Assembly: GCA_965205605.1 (NCBI GenBank)
Contig: CBDBHE010000006.1
Span: 96,001 to 160,000 of the forward strand
DNA: 64,000 bases
Direction: 5' to 3'
From: Spirochaetota bacterium
GTDB taxonomy: Bacteria; Spirochaetota; UBA12135; COTS27; CBDBHE01
Shown: piece by piece, positions 10,401 to 18,740 of the stretch
How positions within the stretch are numbered: the stretch's first letter is position 1
Layout of the letters: every line of letters starts with the position of its first letter
Notes under the pieces: generated by a model
The model's database searches: none
Told to the model about the DNA's origin: nothing
Seen by the model: the letters and a program-made list of their open reading frames with translations, nothing else
Translations under genes and position numbers: made by a program

Positions 10401-10509
10401 TGCTCAAATCCAATCTAAGGATAAAATTTCTTTACAAAAAAAAGAAAATATTTTTTTACTTAAAATAGAAAATGAAGGTTCTTTTTCGGTTGATGTTTTT
10501 TGTGAATAG
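7456..10509 (+). CDS. Secreted glycoside hydrolase family 95 (alpha-L-fucosidase-like) with an inserted sugar-binding domain
   Basis: Signal peptide; WHEALPIGNGRIG, YGRYLLIASSR, PANLQGIW, HININFQMNYW, SPEN, HRHVSHL, GHTGWSRAW and PPFQIDGNFG. Confidence 0.9.
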   Translation: MKQSRFIFSFIFSFLSICLFSEDLSLTGKWKLWYDKPAKDWHEALPIGNGRIGGMVHGGIKREIVQLNEDTIWAKHPSRPFKKNAYQTFSKAEKLFFEGKAFEAEKIIKKGFMNKKLIKSYQTMGDLDLYFMKIDELKVKNYKRFLDLETGIAQTVFDHEGIRYTREVFVSEADQVLMMTLSSSAKGAINTKIKLNRNRGAKIKYEKDEIILNARAYHLKNFDEGVARGLMRPSRNKKKLAEKIKRVAFKQKYWDRVKKADQSGWQKEYYLPSFNDSKWDEITLPYKWGEEKVSFTGIKWYRKRIVIPDSWEGKDLKLFLGELNASDQAWFNGQKIGETILSGEKRLYDIPAQLVKKGKAVLTLATFHTGYIFGTGYETKFQSGKEACEIYPQGNKKQALALSGNWKRATMKSDKKYQIMKGTRFNTRLKVKTVSGNIVNKKDYLEIKNADKVFIYLTAGTDFYKENWVKSLFYKALSLFNSNLTLPARRAGKDMKRVISKSFERIKLEGIGSHFKLFKRVNLDFGGHEARKKPTDKRLSLLKQGAVDPDLLALYFHYGRYLLIASSRPNTQPANLQGIWCHNLEAPWQSDFHININFQMNYWPAQMFQLEESHLPYFDLIDRVSKQGVKVAKNHYNARGWMAHHATDIWVDVRASGRPVWGAFQYGGAWATRQYWEYYQYTQDKEFLRKRAFPILKGASKFLLDYLIVHPKTGELVARLSNSPENKFVLPNNKKMTLSPGASMSQLITLDTFENFINAAAVLEKENDATVKEVKKALQKLAFPKIGEDGRVMEWYEDYKEANLGHRHVSHLYALHPAAHFFDREGYVEAARKSLETRLAHGGGHTGWSRAWIINFWARLKSAEKSYNNLILILKKSTLPNLFDDHPPFQIDGNFGAIAGMGEMLLQSHQLISVEGNKIHLLDVLPALSSSLSKGSFKGFKTRGNVIVDLDWSDKKPTKLRLSSTKNNAGYLAFKLPKGVSVAQIQSKDKISLQKKENIFLLKIENEGSFSVDVFCE

Positions 10510-10539
10510 AAAATTTTATCTTTTTTATTTTTTTCATCT

Positions 10540-10574
10540 TTAGTCCTTAGTCCTTAGTCCTTAGTCCTTAGTCC
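10540..10574 (+). repeat. Heptanucleotide tandem repeat (TTAGTCC)x5
   Basis: Five perfect copies read directly from the sequence. Confidence 0.95.
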
Positions 10575-10605
10575 TTTTGCCTTTTAGTAAAAGGACTTTT
10601 TTTTT
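10570..10605 (+). terminator. Rho-independent terminator after the GH95 gene
   Basis: Stem AGTCCTTTTGC / GTAAAAGGACT (one G-U pair), 6-nt loop, followed by a T run. Confidence 0.75.
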
Positions 10606-10609
10606 ATAT

Positions 10610-10643
10610 TTTTATTGTATAATAAAATTTTATTGTATAATAA
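10610..10643 (+). promoter_or_regulatory. Duplicated 16-bp element containing a perfect -10 box
   Basis: TTTTATTGTATAATAA at 10610-10625 and 10628-10643, upstream of ATG 10683. Confidence 0.55.
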
Positions 10644-10682
10644 GAATAGTTTTTTTTATTTTTAGGTAGGTAAAAACCTCTT

Positions 10683-12608
10683 ATGTTGCCACATCGTTAT
10701 TTTTTTTTACTTTTTTTATCTTTTTTATTTATAGTTAACTCTCTTTTTTCTAGAGGAATTAAATATAAAACGCAAGAAGTTTATTTTGCTCCAAAAGATA
10801 TTCGCCTTGATTTAGCTGTTTCTAGAAGAGGAAAAGTGATTAGTTTGTCTAAAAAAGCCCTGTTATTACAAAAGAAAAACAAATACAATGATGCAAGTGA
10901 TTATTTTTTAAGAGCGGTTAAAGAAACAGAAAAAATTAAAACCAAAACAGTTTCAAAAGCATATAATAACTTTATTCTTGCTAGACATTATTTATTGATA
11001 GATAATTTAGCACAAGCTCAAGTGAGGCTTTTAAGTGCATATGAAGAAACAGAAAATTTTTTAAAAGAAGGTGGGGGAAAAAAAAATGATCAAAAATTAG
11101 CTTTTAAATTAACTTCTTATATTTCTTTTTTACTGGCTCGTTTAGATCAAAAAGAAGGTCGTCTTAAGAAAGCTCTTAGAGCTTATGAAAGGCTAAATGT
11201 TTTAGTAGAAAAAATAACTCCTGGTAAAAACAAAAAACTTGAAAAAGAAAAAAAAAACCTTTATCTTTCTTTTAAAAAAAGTAATTTTTTATACTTTGTT
11301 TATTATCGATTAGGGGAGATTTATTTGGAATTAAACCAATTAGACAAAGCTTTTTCTTATTTTGAAAAAATCCCTAAAAAAACAAATATTTATTTTTCTT
11401 CTCATGCTTATTTTCAAATGGGGTATTATTACTTTAAAAAAAATGATTTTAAAAAGGCTCTTAAGTTTTATAAAAAAGTTAATAAAAAGTCTTCTATTTA
11501 TGTGGATGCTCTTTTTGATCAAAGCTTGATATTCAAAAAGCAAAATAAATCATCTGAAAAATTTAGGACTTATCAAAAAATGTATGCTTCTTATCGTAAA
11601 ACAGAGCCTGTGGCGGGGTATGCGATTTATCATTTAGGTAAAAAAGCTTTAGACAGTAGAAAGCTTAATTTAGCTTATGAGTATTTCAAAAATTTCACAA
11701 ATGATACCTTTAGTAATTTTGAATATCGTAAAAAAGCTCTTAAAATAGCTTGTAAAATGGATATTGATAAAGCTAAATTGAATACGCCTTTAAGCTATTA
11801 TTTTTTTGATCATTATTCAAAAGAAAGTTTGTCATTAATAGAAGGATATCTTGATAAAAAGTTAATTTTTATGAAAAGCAAAACTAAGTTAGATGAAATT
11901 AAAAATTTGTTAAATTATTTTTTGGATAAAAACACAATCCCAGCTCTTTTAAAGTTAAAGATTGTTGCTAAATATAAAAATTTAACTTTTGAAAAAAAAG
12001 AAGCTATTTTTAATGATGCTCAAAAAGCATTACAGGCAACAGATGATTTTAGCAAAAAAAGTGAAATTGCTTATGCTTTAGCTCATTTTTTAAGAATGAA
12101 TCAAAAATTTGAACAAGCTAAAAACCACTATAAAATGAGTTTTTTTTTTAATCCAGAAGCCATTGAAGCCGTTGAATCTCTTTTCAAAGTAGCTTATTTT
12201 TATATGGGTAAAAAAAATGACATAAAAGTAGAAATGATTATTGATAAAATTATTAATATTTACCCTGATAAAGAAGCCGTTGTTAAAGCAAAGACAGCTT
12301 TAAAAGATTATCATGAAAATAATAATAAAAACAATCCAGATTTTTTTAAAAAAGAAAAAGAAAAAAATGATGCTAAAGATAATCCTGTAAAAAATCCTAC
12401 TACAGTTAGAGCTAAAGATAAAGAAACAAATCAAGAAAAAGAAAATAAAGACAAAGAAACAAATCAAGAAAAAGAAAAAAATGATTCTGGAGATAATCTA
12501 GTAAAAGATCTTGATGCGATTAATCCTGAAGACGAAGAAGAAAATAGTCAAGACGAAGAAGAAAATAGTCAAAGAATACTAGAAGAATTTTTAAAGCGAA
12601 ATGAATGA
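10683..12608 (+). CDS. Secreted tetratricopeptide-repeat protein with a charged, repetitive C-terminal tail
   Basis: N-terminal signal peptide; repeated TPR-like helices (YYRLGEIY...A...F, AYFQMGYYY...A...Y); low-complexity K/E/N/D tail. Confidence 0.75.
   Translation: MLPHRYFFLLFLSFLFIVNSLFSRGIKYKTQEVYFAPKDIRLDLAVSRRGKVISLSKKALLLQKKNKYNDASDYFLRAVKETEKIKTKTVSKAYNNFILARHYLLIDNLAQAQVRLLSAYEETENFLKEGGGKKNDQKLAFKLTSYISFLLARLDQKEGRLKKALRAYERLNVLVEKITPGKNKKLEKEKKNLYLSFKKSNFLYFVYYRLGEIYLELNQLDKAFSYFEKIPKKTNIYFSSHAYFQMGYYYFKKNDFKKALKFYKKVNKKSSIYVDALFDQSLIFKKQNKSSEKFRTYQKMYASYRKTEPVAGYAIYHLGKKALDSRKLNLAYEYFKNFTNDTFSNFEYRKKALKIACKMDIDKAKLNTPLSYYFFDHYSKESLSLIEGYLDKKLIFMKSKTKLDEIKNLLNYFLDKNTIPALLKLKIVAKYKNLTFEKKEAIFNDAQKALQATDDFSKKSEIAYALAHFLRMNQKFEQAKNHYKMSFFFNPEAIEAVESLFKVAYFYMGKKNDIKVEMIIDKIINIYPDKEAVVKAKTALKDYHENNNKNNPDFFKKEKEKNDAKDNPVKNPTTVRAKDKETNQEKENKDKETNQEKEKNDSGDNLVKDLDAINPEDEEENSQDEEENSQRILEEFLKRNE
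12413..12570 (+). repeat. In-frame tandem duplications in the TPR gene tail
   Basis: 33-bp unit x2 at 12413-12478 (one mismatch; KDKETNQEKE) and perfect 21-bp unit x2 at 12529-12570 (DEEENSQ). Confidence 0.9.
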
Positions 12609-12915
12609 TTGTTTTTGAATTAAAGTAAAAGAGTTTTTTTATAAAATTTTGATTTTTATTCGAAGCAATTTAAAAATAGCTTCTTCTCTTTTTACTCAGT
12701 TTATTATAATTGGTGATGAGTTTTAGTAGTGCCAAAGTACTTAATACTAACTTTTTTTTTATTTGTCGTCAGTAGCAGTTTTGAAGAGGAAGACTTTAGT
12801 TGATAAAAAAGGATTCTTTAGGTATGGGTGTTTCAATTGGAGGATTTACTAAGTGGAAAGAAGTGATGGGTGCTCTTATATGAGAATAGTTTATTCAAAT
12901 AAAATTCATTAAGAT

Positions 12916-14361
12916 CTAATTTTTTTCAATTAATTGAAAAAAAATTTTGTTAATCAAACTAGGGTTTGCTTGTCCTTTAGTTTTTTTCATTGCCTGCCCA
13001 ACTAAAAAACCAAGTACTTTTTGATTTCCATTTTTGTATTTTTCGACGATATCTTGATTTTTTTTGATAATTTCTTTTGCAATTTTTTTAAGTAAATCTT
13101 GATCTGAAACGACTTTTAGACTTTTTTCTTTCATGATAGTTAAAGGATTTTTTTGGGTGTCAATCATTTCTGGGAAAATATCTTTAGCTATTTTTCCAGA
13201 AAGATCCCCTTCAGAAATTAGCTTAACGAGCATACCGACATGTTCTGCTTTGACAGAAAAATCATTAATTGAAATCAGATTTTCATTTAAAATAGAAAGA
13301 ATTTCAGTTGTGATCCAATTACATATTTTTTTGGGTTGCTTTGGAAAAAAAGCAACTGCTTTTTCATAATAATCAGCTAAGTTTTTGTCGTTTGCAAGGA
13401 CAGTTGCATCATAATTTGAAAGGTGATAATGATTGATAAACCTATGTTTTTTGGCTTCGGGAAGTTCTTCTAAATTGTCTTTGATGGAGTCAATTTCTTT
13501 TTGAGTTAAAACACAAGGAAGTAAATCAGGTTCTGGAAAATAACGATAATCGTGGAGTTTTTCTTTACTTCGCATACTTTTTGTTTTTTTAGTTTCTGTA
13601 TCCCAAAGAAGAGTTTCTACTAGGATGGTTTGACCTTTTTCTAAAAGATTAATTTGTCTTTTAATTTCATATTCGATGGCCTCAGAGAGACCTTTAAAAG
13701 TATTCATATTTTTAATTTCTGTTCGGTTACCTAGTTTTTTTTCATTTTCTTGCTTGATAGAAATATTAGCATCACATCTAAGAGATCCTTCTTCCATGTT
13801 GCAATTGGAGACATCGATATAGAGCATATTTTTTTTCAGCTCTTCAAGGTAAGTTTTGACTTCTTCAACTGAGTTTAAGTGAGGTTCGGAAACGATCTCG
13901 ATTAAAGGAGTCCCTGCTCGATTGAGGTCGACATAACTTTCATTGATTTGTTTTGATTGAGAGTGAATGAGTTTACCAGCATCTTCTTCGATATGAATGC
14001 GGTTGATTCCAATTTTTTTTTCTGAGTTATTTTTTGTTTTAATTTTTAGATAACCATCTGAAGCGATAGGTTTATCGTATTGAGAAATTTGATAAGCTTT
14101 TGGAAGATCGGGATAAAAATAATTTTTTCTATCAAATTTTGAAAAAGTATTAATAGTACAGTTTGTTGCCAGACCAGCTTTTATGGCTTTTTTACAGGCT
14201 TTTTGATTAAGAACAGGTAGAGTACCCGGGTGTCCTAAGCAAATAGGACAAGTATTGGTATTGGGCTCAGCTCCAAAATTATTGGCACACGAACAAAAAA
14301 GTTTTGTGTTCGTGTTGAGCTGAATATGAACTTCTAAGCCAATAACTACTTGCCAGACCAT
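12916..14361 (-). CDS. gatB: Asp/Glu-tRNA amidotransferase subunit B
   Basis: IGLEVHIQL, FDRKNYFYPDLPKAYQISQ, EEDAGK and YRYFPEPDL. Confidence 0.97.
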   Translation of the reverse strand: MVWQVVIGLEVHIQLNTNTKLFCSCANNFGAEPNTNTCPICLGHPGTLPVLNQKACKKAIKAGLATNCTINTFSKFDRKNYFYPDLPKAYQISQYDKPIASDGYLKIKTKNNSEKKIGINRIHIEEDAGKLIHSQSKQINESYVDLNRAGTPLIEIVSEPHLNSVEEVKTYLEELKKNMLYIDVSNCNMEEGSLRCDANISIKQENEKKLGNRTEIKNMNTFKGLSEAIEYEIKRQINLLEKGQTILVETLLWDTETKKTKSMRSKEKLHDYRYFPEPDLLPCVLTQKEIDSIKDNLEELPEAKKHRFINHYHLSNYDATVLANDKNLADYYEKAVAFFPKQPKKICNWITTEILSILNENLISINDFSVKAEHVGMLVKLISEGDLSGKIAKDIFPEMIDTQKNPLTIMKEKSLKVVSDQDLLKKIAKEIIKKNQDIVEKYKNGNQKVLGFLVGQAMKKTKGQANPSLINKIFFQLIEKN

Positions 14362-14366
14362 ATTAA

Positions 14367-15800
14367 TTAAAATTCCCAGTGATTTTCTTTTTGGTACATG
14401 TGAGCTAAATTAAGGATTGTTTCTTCTTCAAAAGCTTTTCCAATTAGCTGAAAAGAAATAGGCAGTCCCTTAGTGTCTTTTCCACAAGGAATCGAAATAG
14501 ATGGTAGTCCAGTTAAATTAGAAGGAGTTGTAAACGAATCAGATAAATACATTTCAATAGGATTTTTAATTTTTTCTCCTATTTTAAAAACAAGGTCAGG
14601 AGTTGTTGGGCTTAGTAAAACATCAAAGTGACTAAGCTTTTCAGTAAACTCTTGTTTCATCCAATTTCGAATACGGTGGGCTTTTACATAATAATCATCA
14701 TAGTAACCAGAAGATAAAACATATGTTCCTAAGAGAATGCGTTGTTTTACTTCTTCTCCAAACCCTTCTGATCTTGAAAGAAAATAAGTTTCATTTAAGT
14801 TTTTGGCCTGTTTGTTTCTTGCTCCATAACGAATCCCATCAAACCTTGCTAAATTAGAGCTTGCTTCTGCTGTTGCAATAATATAGTAACTAGTGAGAGC
14901 ATAATGAGTACTAGGAATAGAGACTTCTTCAATTTGACAATTTTGTTTTTTAAAAAAATCGATTATTTTTTCTAAAGATTTTAAGATTTCAGGAGAAATT
15001 TTTTCTGAAAAGAATTCTTTTAAAATACCTATTTTTTTTCCTGAAAGAGATTTATTTAAATAAGCTTCATAGTTTAACACTTTTTTTTTAGCAGAAGTAC
15101 TATCTAGTTGATCATAACCACTAATAGCATTGAGTAAAATAGCTGCATCTTCAGCTGTTTTTGTAATAGGGCCAATTTGATCTAAAGAAGAAGCAAAAGC
15201 AACTAAACCATAGCGAGAAACTCGACCATAAGTTGGTTTTAAACCAACAATCCCACAACAAGCTGCTGGTTGACGAATACTCCCTCCGGTGTCGCTACCA
15301 ATAGCTGCTATTGCTAAATTACCACTTACACTCGCTGCCGCTCCTCCTGAAGAACCTCCTGGAATATATTCTAAATTAATAGGGTTTCTAACAATTCCTT
15401 TTTTAGAAGTTTCATTTGATGAACCCATGGCAAACTCATCCATGTTGGTTCTTCCAAAAATAATTGCTCCATTTTCAATTAGTTTTTTACAAACTCCAGA
15501 TGTATAAGGAGAAATATAGCCTTTTAAAATATCAGAACAACATTCTACCCGTTCCCCTTCTAAATGCATATTGTCTTTGATGACAATAGGAATTCCTGCT
15601 AAAGGTTGATTGAGATGATTTTTTTCAGCTTCTTTTAAAGCTCTTTCTTTATTAATAGAGACGATGGCATTAATTTTAAGATCTTTTTTTTGATCACCTT
15701 CAATTTTTTTAAAGTAGTGAAGTAGTAATTCTTTTGAAGAAATTTCTTTTTTCTTTAAAGCATCAATGGTTTTTTTGAGAGTTAGCTCTTCAATTTTCAC
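14367..15800 (-). CDS. gatA: Asp/Glu-tRNA amidotransferase subunit A
   Basis: Amidase signature GGSSGG...GSDTGGSIRQPA and SSNLARFDGIRYG; adjacent to gatB. Confidence 0.96.
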   Translation of the reverse strand: MKIEELTLKKTIDALKKKEISSKELLLHYFKKIEGDQKKDLKINAIVSINKERALKEAEKNHLNQPLAGIPIVIKDNMHLEGERVECCSDILKGYISPYTSGVCKKLIENGAIIFGRTNMDEFAMGSSNETSKKGIVRNPINLEYIPGGSSGGAAASVSGNLAIAAIGSDTGGSIRQPAACCGIVGLKPTYGRVSRYGLVAFASSLDQIGPITKTAEDAAILLNAISGYDQLDSTSAKKKVLNYEAYLNKSLSGKKIGILKEFFSEKISPEILKSLEKIIDFFKKQNCQIEEVSIPSTHYALTSYYIIATAEASSNLARFDGIRYGARNKQAKNLNETYFLSRSEGFGEEVKQRILLGTYVLSSGYYDDYYVKAHRIRNWMKQEFTEKLSHFDVLLSPTTPDLVFKIGEKIKNPIEMYLSDSFTTPSNLTGLPSISIPCGKDTKGLPISFQLIGKAFEEETILNLAHMYQKENHWEF

Positions 15801-15992
15801 GTTGTTTTAGAAGAAGAATATTTTTTTTATTTTTGATTTTGAGTTAATAAATTTAGAAAAAAATAGTATAGCATTCAAAAATAATTGATGCAATTTGTTT
15901 TTAACTTTTAGAGAGTTTAAAACCCTTCTTTTTATTTTATTTTTTTTAGACTAAAATGTATGTAAAAATTTAAGTAAGCTACTTTAGTTAAA

Positions 15993-17129
15993 ATGCTCAA
16001 AGAAAATAAAAAAAAATTGAAAGAAGTAGGAATTGTTTCATACCAAGAGATTAGCTTTAATGAGGAGCAAATCCTTAAATTAGAAAATGGATCTTTTTTA
16101 AAGTCCTTTAAACTTCGTTATGAAACTTATGGAAAGCTTAATAAAGATTGTTCTAACGCTATTTTAATTGAACATTCTCTTTCATCTAATCATCACGCAG
16201 CAGGTAAATATCATCCTTCAGATAAGAAGTCAGGGTGGTGGGATTCTATGATTGGTCCTAAAAAAGCTTTTAATACTGATCAGTATTTTATTATTTGTAT
16301 TAACTGTATAGGAGGTTGTAGTGGATCAACGGGACCCAATTCGATTAATCCACAAACGGGTGAGCCGTATAATCTTAAGTTTCCAATGATCACTATCGGC
16401 GATATGGTTAATGCAGAAATCTATTTACTTGATTATTTAAATATCAAACAACTTTTTGCTATTTGTGGAAGCTCGATGGGGGGAATGAAAGCACTTCATT
16501 GGTCTATTTATTATCCAAATCGAATTAAAAATCTCATTGCTATTGCCACGACATCTTCTCAAAATGCGCAATCAATTGCATTTAGTGAAGTCGCCCGTCA
16601 AGCAATTATGGCAGACCCTAATTGGAAAAATGGAGATTATACCCGTTATCAATCTTTACCTAAATCTGGTCTTAGTATTGCTAGAATGATGGCACATATT
16701 ACGTATTTAAGTGATGCGTCAATGCGAAAAAAATTTGGAAGAAAGCTTCAAAGTAAAAAAAACTTGGACTTTACTTTTGATATCGAATTTGAAGTTGAAA
16801 GTTATTTGCGCCATCAAGGTAATAAATTTATTGATTTTTTTGATCCTAATTCTTATTTATATATGTCAAAAGCGCTTAATTATTTTGATTTAGAAAGTGA
16901 GTTTCCTTCTTTAAAAATTGCTTTTTCAAGAGCAAGTTGTCGTTTTCTTATTATTTCTTTTTCAAGTGATTGGCTATACCCTTCTTATATGAGTCAAAAA
17001 TTAGTCAAAGCTATGCTAGAGGCGGGCAAAGAAGCTTCTTATGTTAAAGTTGAGACAGATTTAGGTCATGATGCTTTTTTACTTGAGTTTGAAACGATTA
17101 CAAAGTTGATTAAATCTTTTTTATACTAA
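15993..17129 (+). CDS. metX: Homoserine O-acetyltransferase
   Basis: GWWDSMIGP, GSSMGG nucleophile elbow, ARMMAHITY and GHDAFLLE. Confidence 0.93.
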   Translation: MLKENKKKLKEVGIVSYQEISFNEEQILKLENGSFLKSFKLRYETYGKLNKDCSNAILIEHSLSSNHHAAGKYHPSDKKSGWWDSMIGPKKAFNTDQYFIICINCIGGCSGSTGPNSINPQTGEPYNLKFPMITIGDMVNAEIYLLDYLNIKQLFAICGSSMGGMKALHWSIYYPNRIKNLIAIATTSSQNAQSIAFSEVARQAIMADPNWKNGDYTRYQSLPKSGLSIARMMAHITYLSDASMRKKFGRKLQSKKNLDFTFDIEFEVESYLRHQGNKFIDFFDPNSYLYMSKALNYFDLESEFPSLKIAFSRASCRFLIISFSSDWLYPSYMSQKLVKAMLEAGKEASYVKVETDLGHDAFLLEFETITKLIKSFLY

Positions 17130-17744
17130 GTGATTGTATCAATGAAATTAATTAGAAAAGACTTTCAAGTAATTGAAAACTGTATTGAACAAGGGGCAAA
17201 AGTTCTTGATTTGGGCTGTGGGGATGGAAGTCTTTTGGATTATTTGAAGCATCAAAAAAAAATTATGGCTAGAGGAATTGAAATCAATCTTAGTAAAGTT
17301 GATAAATGTTTGAAGAAAAAAATTTCTGTTTATCACGGAGAAATAGTAGAAGGTTTATCTTTGTATTCGAGTGATTTTTTTGATGTTATTATTTTAAGTC
17401 GTACGATTCAAGAAATTGCTAATTTAAAGCAAGTTTTAAATGAAATATTTCGAGTTGGCAAAAAAGTAATTCTTGGGTTTATTAATTATGGTTATTATCG
17501 AAATCGAATGCATTTTTTTTTAAAAGGAACTAAACCAACTAATGAAGCCTTTCCTCATTATTGGTATGATACCCCTAATATTCGATTTCTTAGTATTCGA
17601 GAGTTTGAATCTTACTGTAAAGCAGAAAATCTTAAAATTATTAAAAGATTTTTTTTAAAAGGAGATTGGTTTAAGAAGGCCGTTTTTTTTCATAATTTGT
17701 TTGCAGGGTATGCAATTTATTTTCTGAAAAAAAAACCTAGTTAA
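17130..17744 (+). CDS. metW: Methionine biosynthesis protein MetW (SAM-binding fold)
   Basis: VLDLGCGDG and WYDTPNIR motifs; abuts metX. Confidence 0.9.
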   Translation: MIVSMKLIRKDFQVIENCIEQGAKVLDLGCGDGSLLDYLKHQKKIMARGIEINLSKVDKCLKKKISVYHGEIVEGLSLYSSDFFDVIILSRTIQEIANLKQVLNEIFRVGKKVILGFINYGYYRNRMHFFLKGTKPTNEAFPHYWYDTPNIRFLSIREFESYCKAENLKIIKRFFLKGDWFKKAVFFHNLFAGYAIYFLKKKPS

Positions 17745-18697
17745 TGAAAATTTGAAGAAATTTGATTTAAAAAATCAATTGAAATTTCAGTAATTTTCTT
17801 TGTTGGCTTTGATATCATTGTTTGGTTAGAAAAGCGATAGTGGTGTATTTTTTTAACTTTATAAAGCTTTTTATGTTTACTGCCTAATTGATTAAATCGT
17901 TTAAATAAATTAATAAGACTGATTTCTTTACTTTTAGCTTTGTATAAAATCATCGTGGGAGCGTTAATTTTATGATAATCAATGCTTTTTGAAAATTGAA
18001 TCAATTGGGTGATAGGTTTTAGTATTTTTGTGGGGTAAGATATTGTATAAGTATTTTTTTCTTTACTTATTAATTGAATAAACTGATTTTTACCTAAAAA
18101 CAATTCTCCCAAAAACGTGCCTCCTGGAAGAGAAAAAAGAATCCATTCTTTTTTTGGAGATGCGAATAAAGGAGAAATAAGAATCATCGCTTTGATTTTT
18201 TCCCCATAAATTGAAGCAAGATAACAGGCCACTAAAGCGCCCATTCCTGTTGCAATAATGATTGTTTTTTCTCCTAAAAGATGGCTGACTTCTAAAGCTT
18301 CTTTGCCATCTGCTAACCAATCTTGTAAATCAACTTTCTTAAGAGCTTGCTTGTTTCTTCCATGCCCTTTAAATCTATTGTAAAAAATGTTGGCTTTAAA
18401 TTCTTTTCTGATTTTTTCACAAACGCTATGCATCTCTCGCTTACGGTCTAAAAAATCATGCAGATATAAAATACAAATGGGGGTTTTTTTTCTTTCTTCT
18501 TTAAACCATTTGATTGTTTTTTTATTATTTGGGTTTAAGTCTGAGTATTGTTTTTCTTTTTCATTAATGGTGGCTTGTACTTTTTGTGTAGTAGAAGGAG
18601 GGGAAGCAACAAGAATGGGATTTTTTTTTGATATTTTAGTATAAATGTGAATGGTTAGATAGAGAATGATAAGGGTATAAAAAAAGTTTAAGAGCAT
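17741..18697 (-). CDS. Membrane-anchored alpha/beta-hydrolase fold protein, probably catalytically degenerate
   Basis: N-terminal TM helix; YLH.F and RFKGHG motifs; the elbow position reads ATGMG instead of GxSxG. Confidence 0.7.
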   Translation of the reverse strand: MLLNFFYTLIILYLTIHIYTKISKKNPILVASPPSTTQKVQATINEKEKQYSDLNPNNKKTIKWFKEERKKTPICILYLHDFLDRKREMHSVCEKIRKEFKANIFYNRFKGHGRNKQALKKVDLQDWLADGKEALEVSHLLGEKTIIIATGMGALVACYLASIYGEKIKAMILISPLFASPKKEWILFSLPGGTFLGELFLGKNQFIQLISKEKNTYTISYPTKILKPITQLIQFSKSIDYHKINAPTMILYKAKSKEISLINLFKRFNQLGSKHKKLYKVKKIHHYRFSNQTMISKPTKKITEISIDFLNQISSNFH

Positions 18698-18740
18698 TAA
18701 AATTATTTTTTATGATGATTTTTAAGATAAATAAATCCTT

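Noticed and set aside
10540-10574. TTAGTCC array as a CRISPR or telomere-like repeat
   Set aside because: The 7-bp units have no spacers, there are no cas genes, and the array is internal; it is a simple microsatellite
15801-15992. SAM riboswitch or T-box upstream of metX
   Set aside because: The spacer is almost pure A/T, with no conserved aptamer core or GC-containing stems
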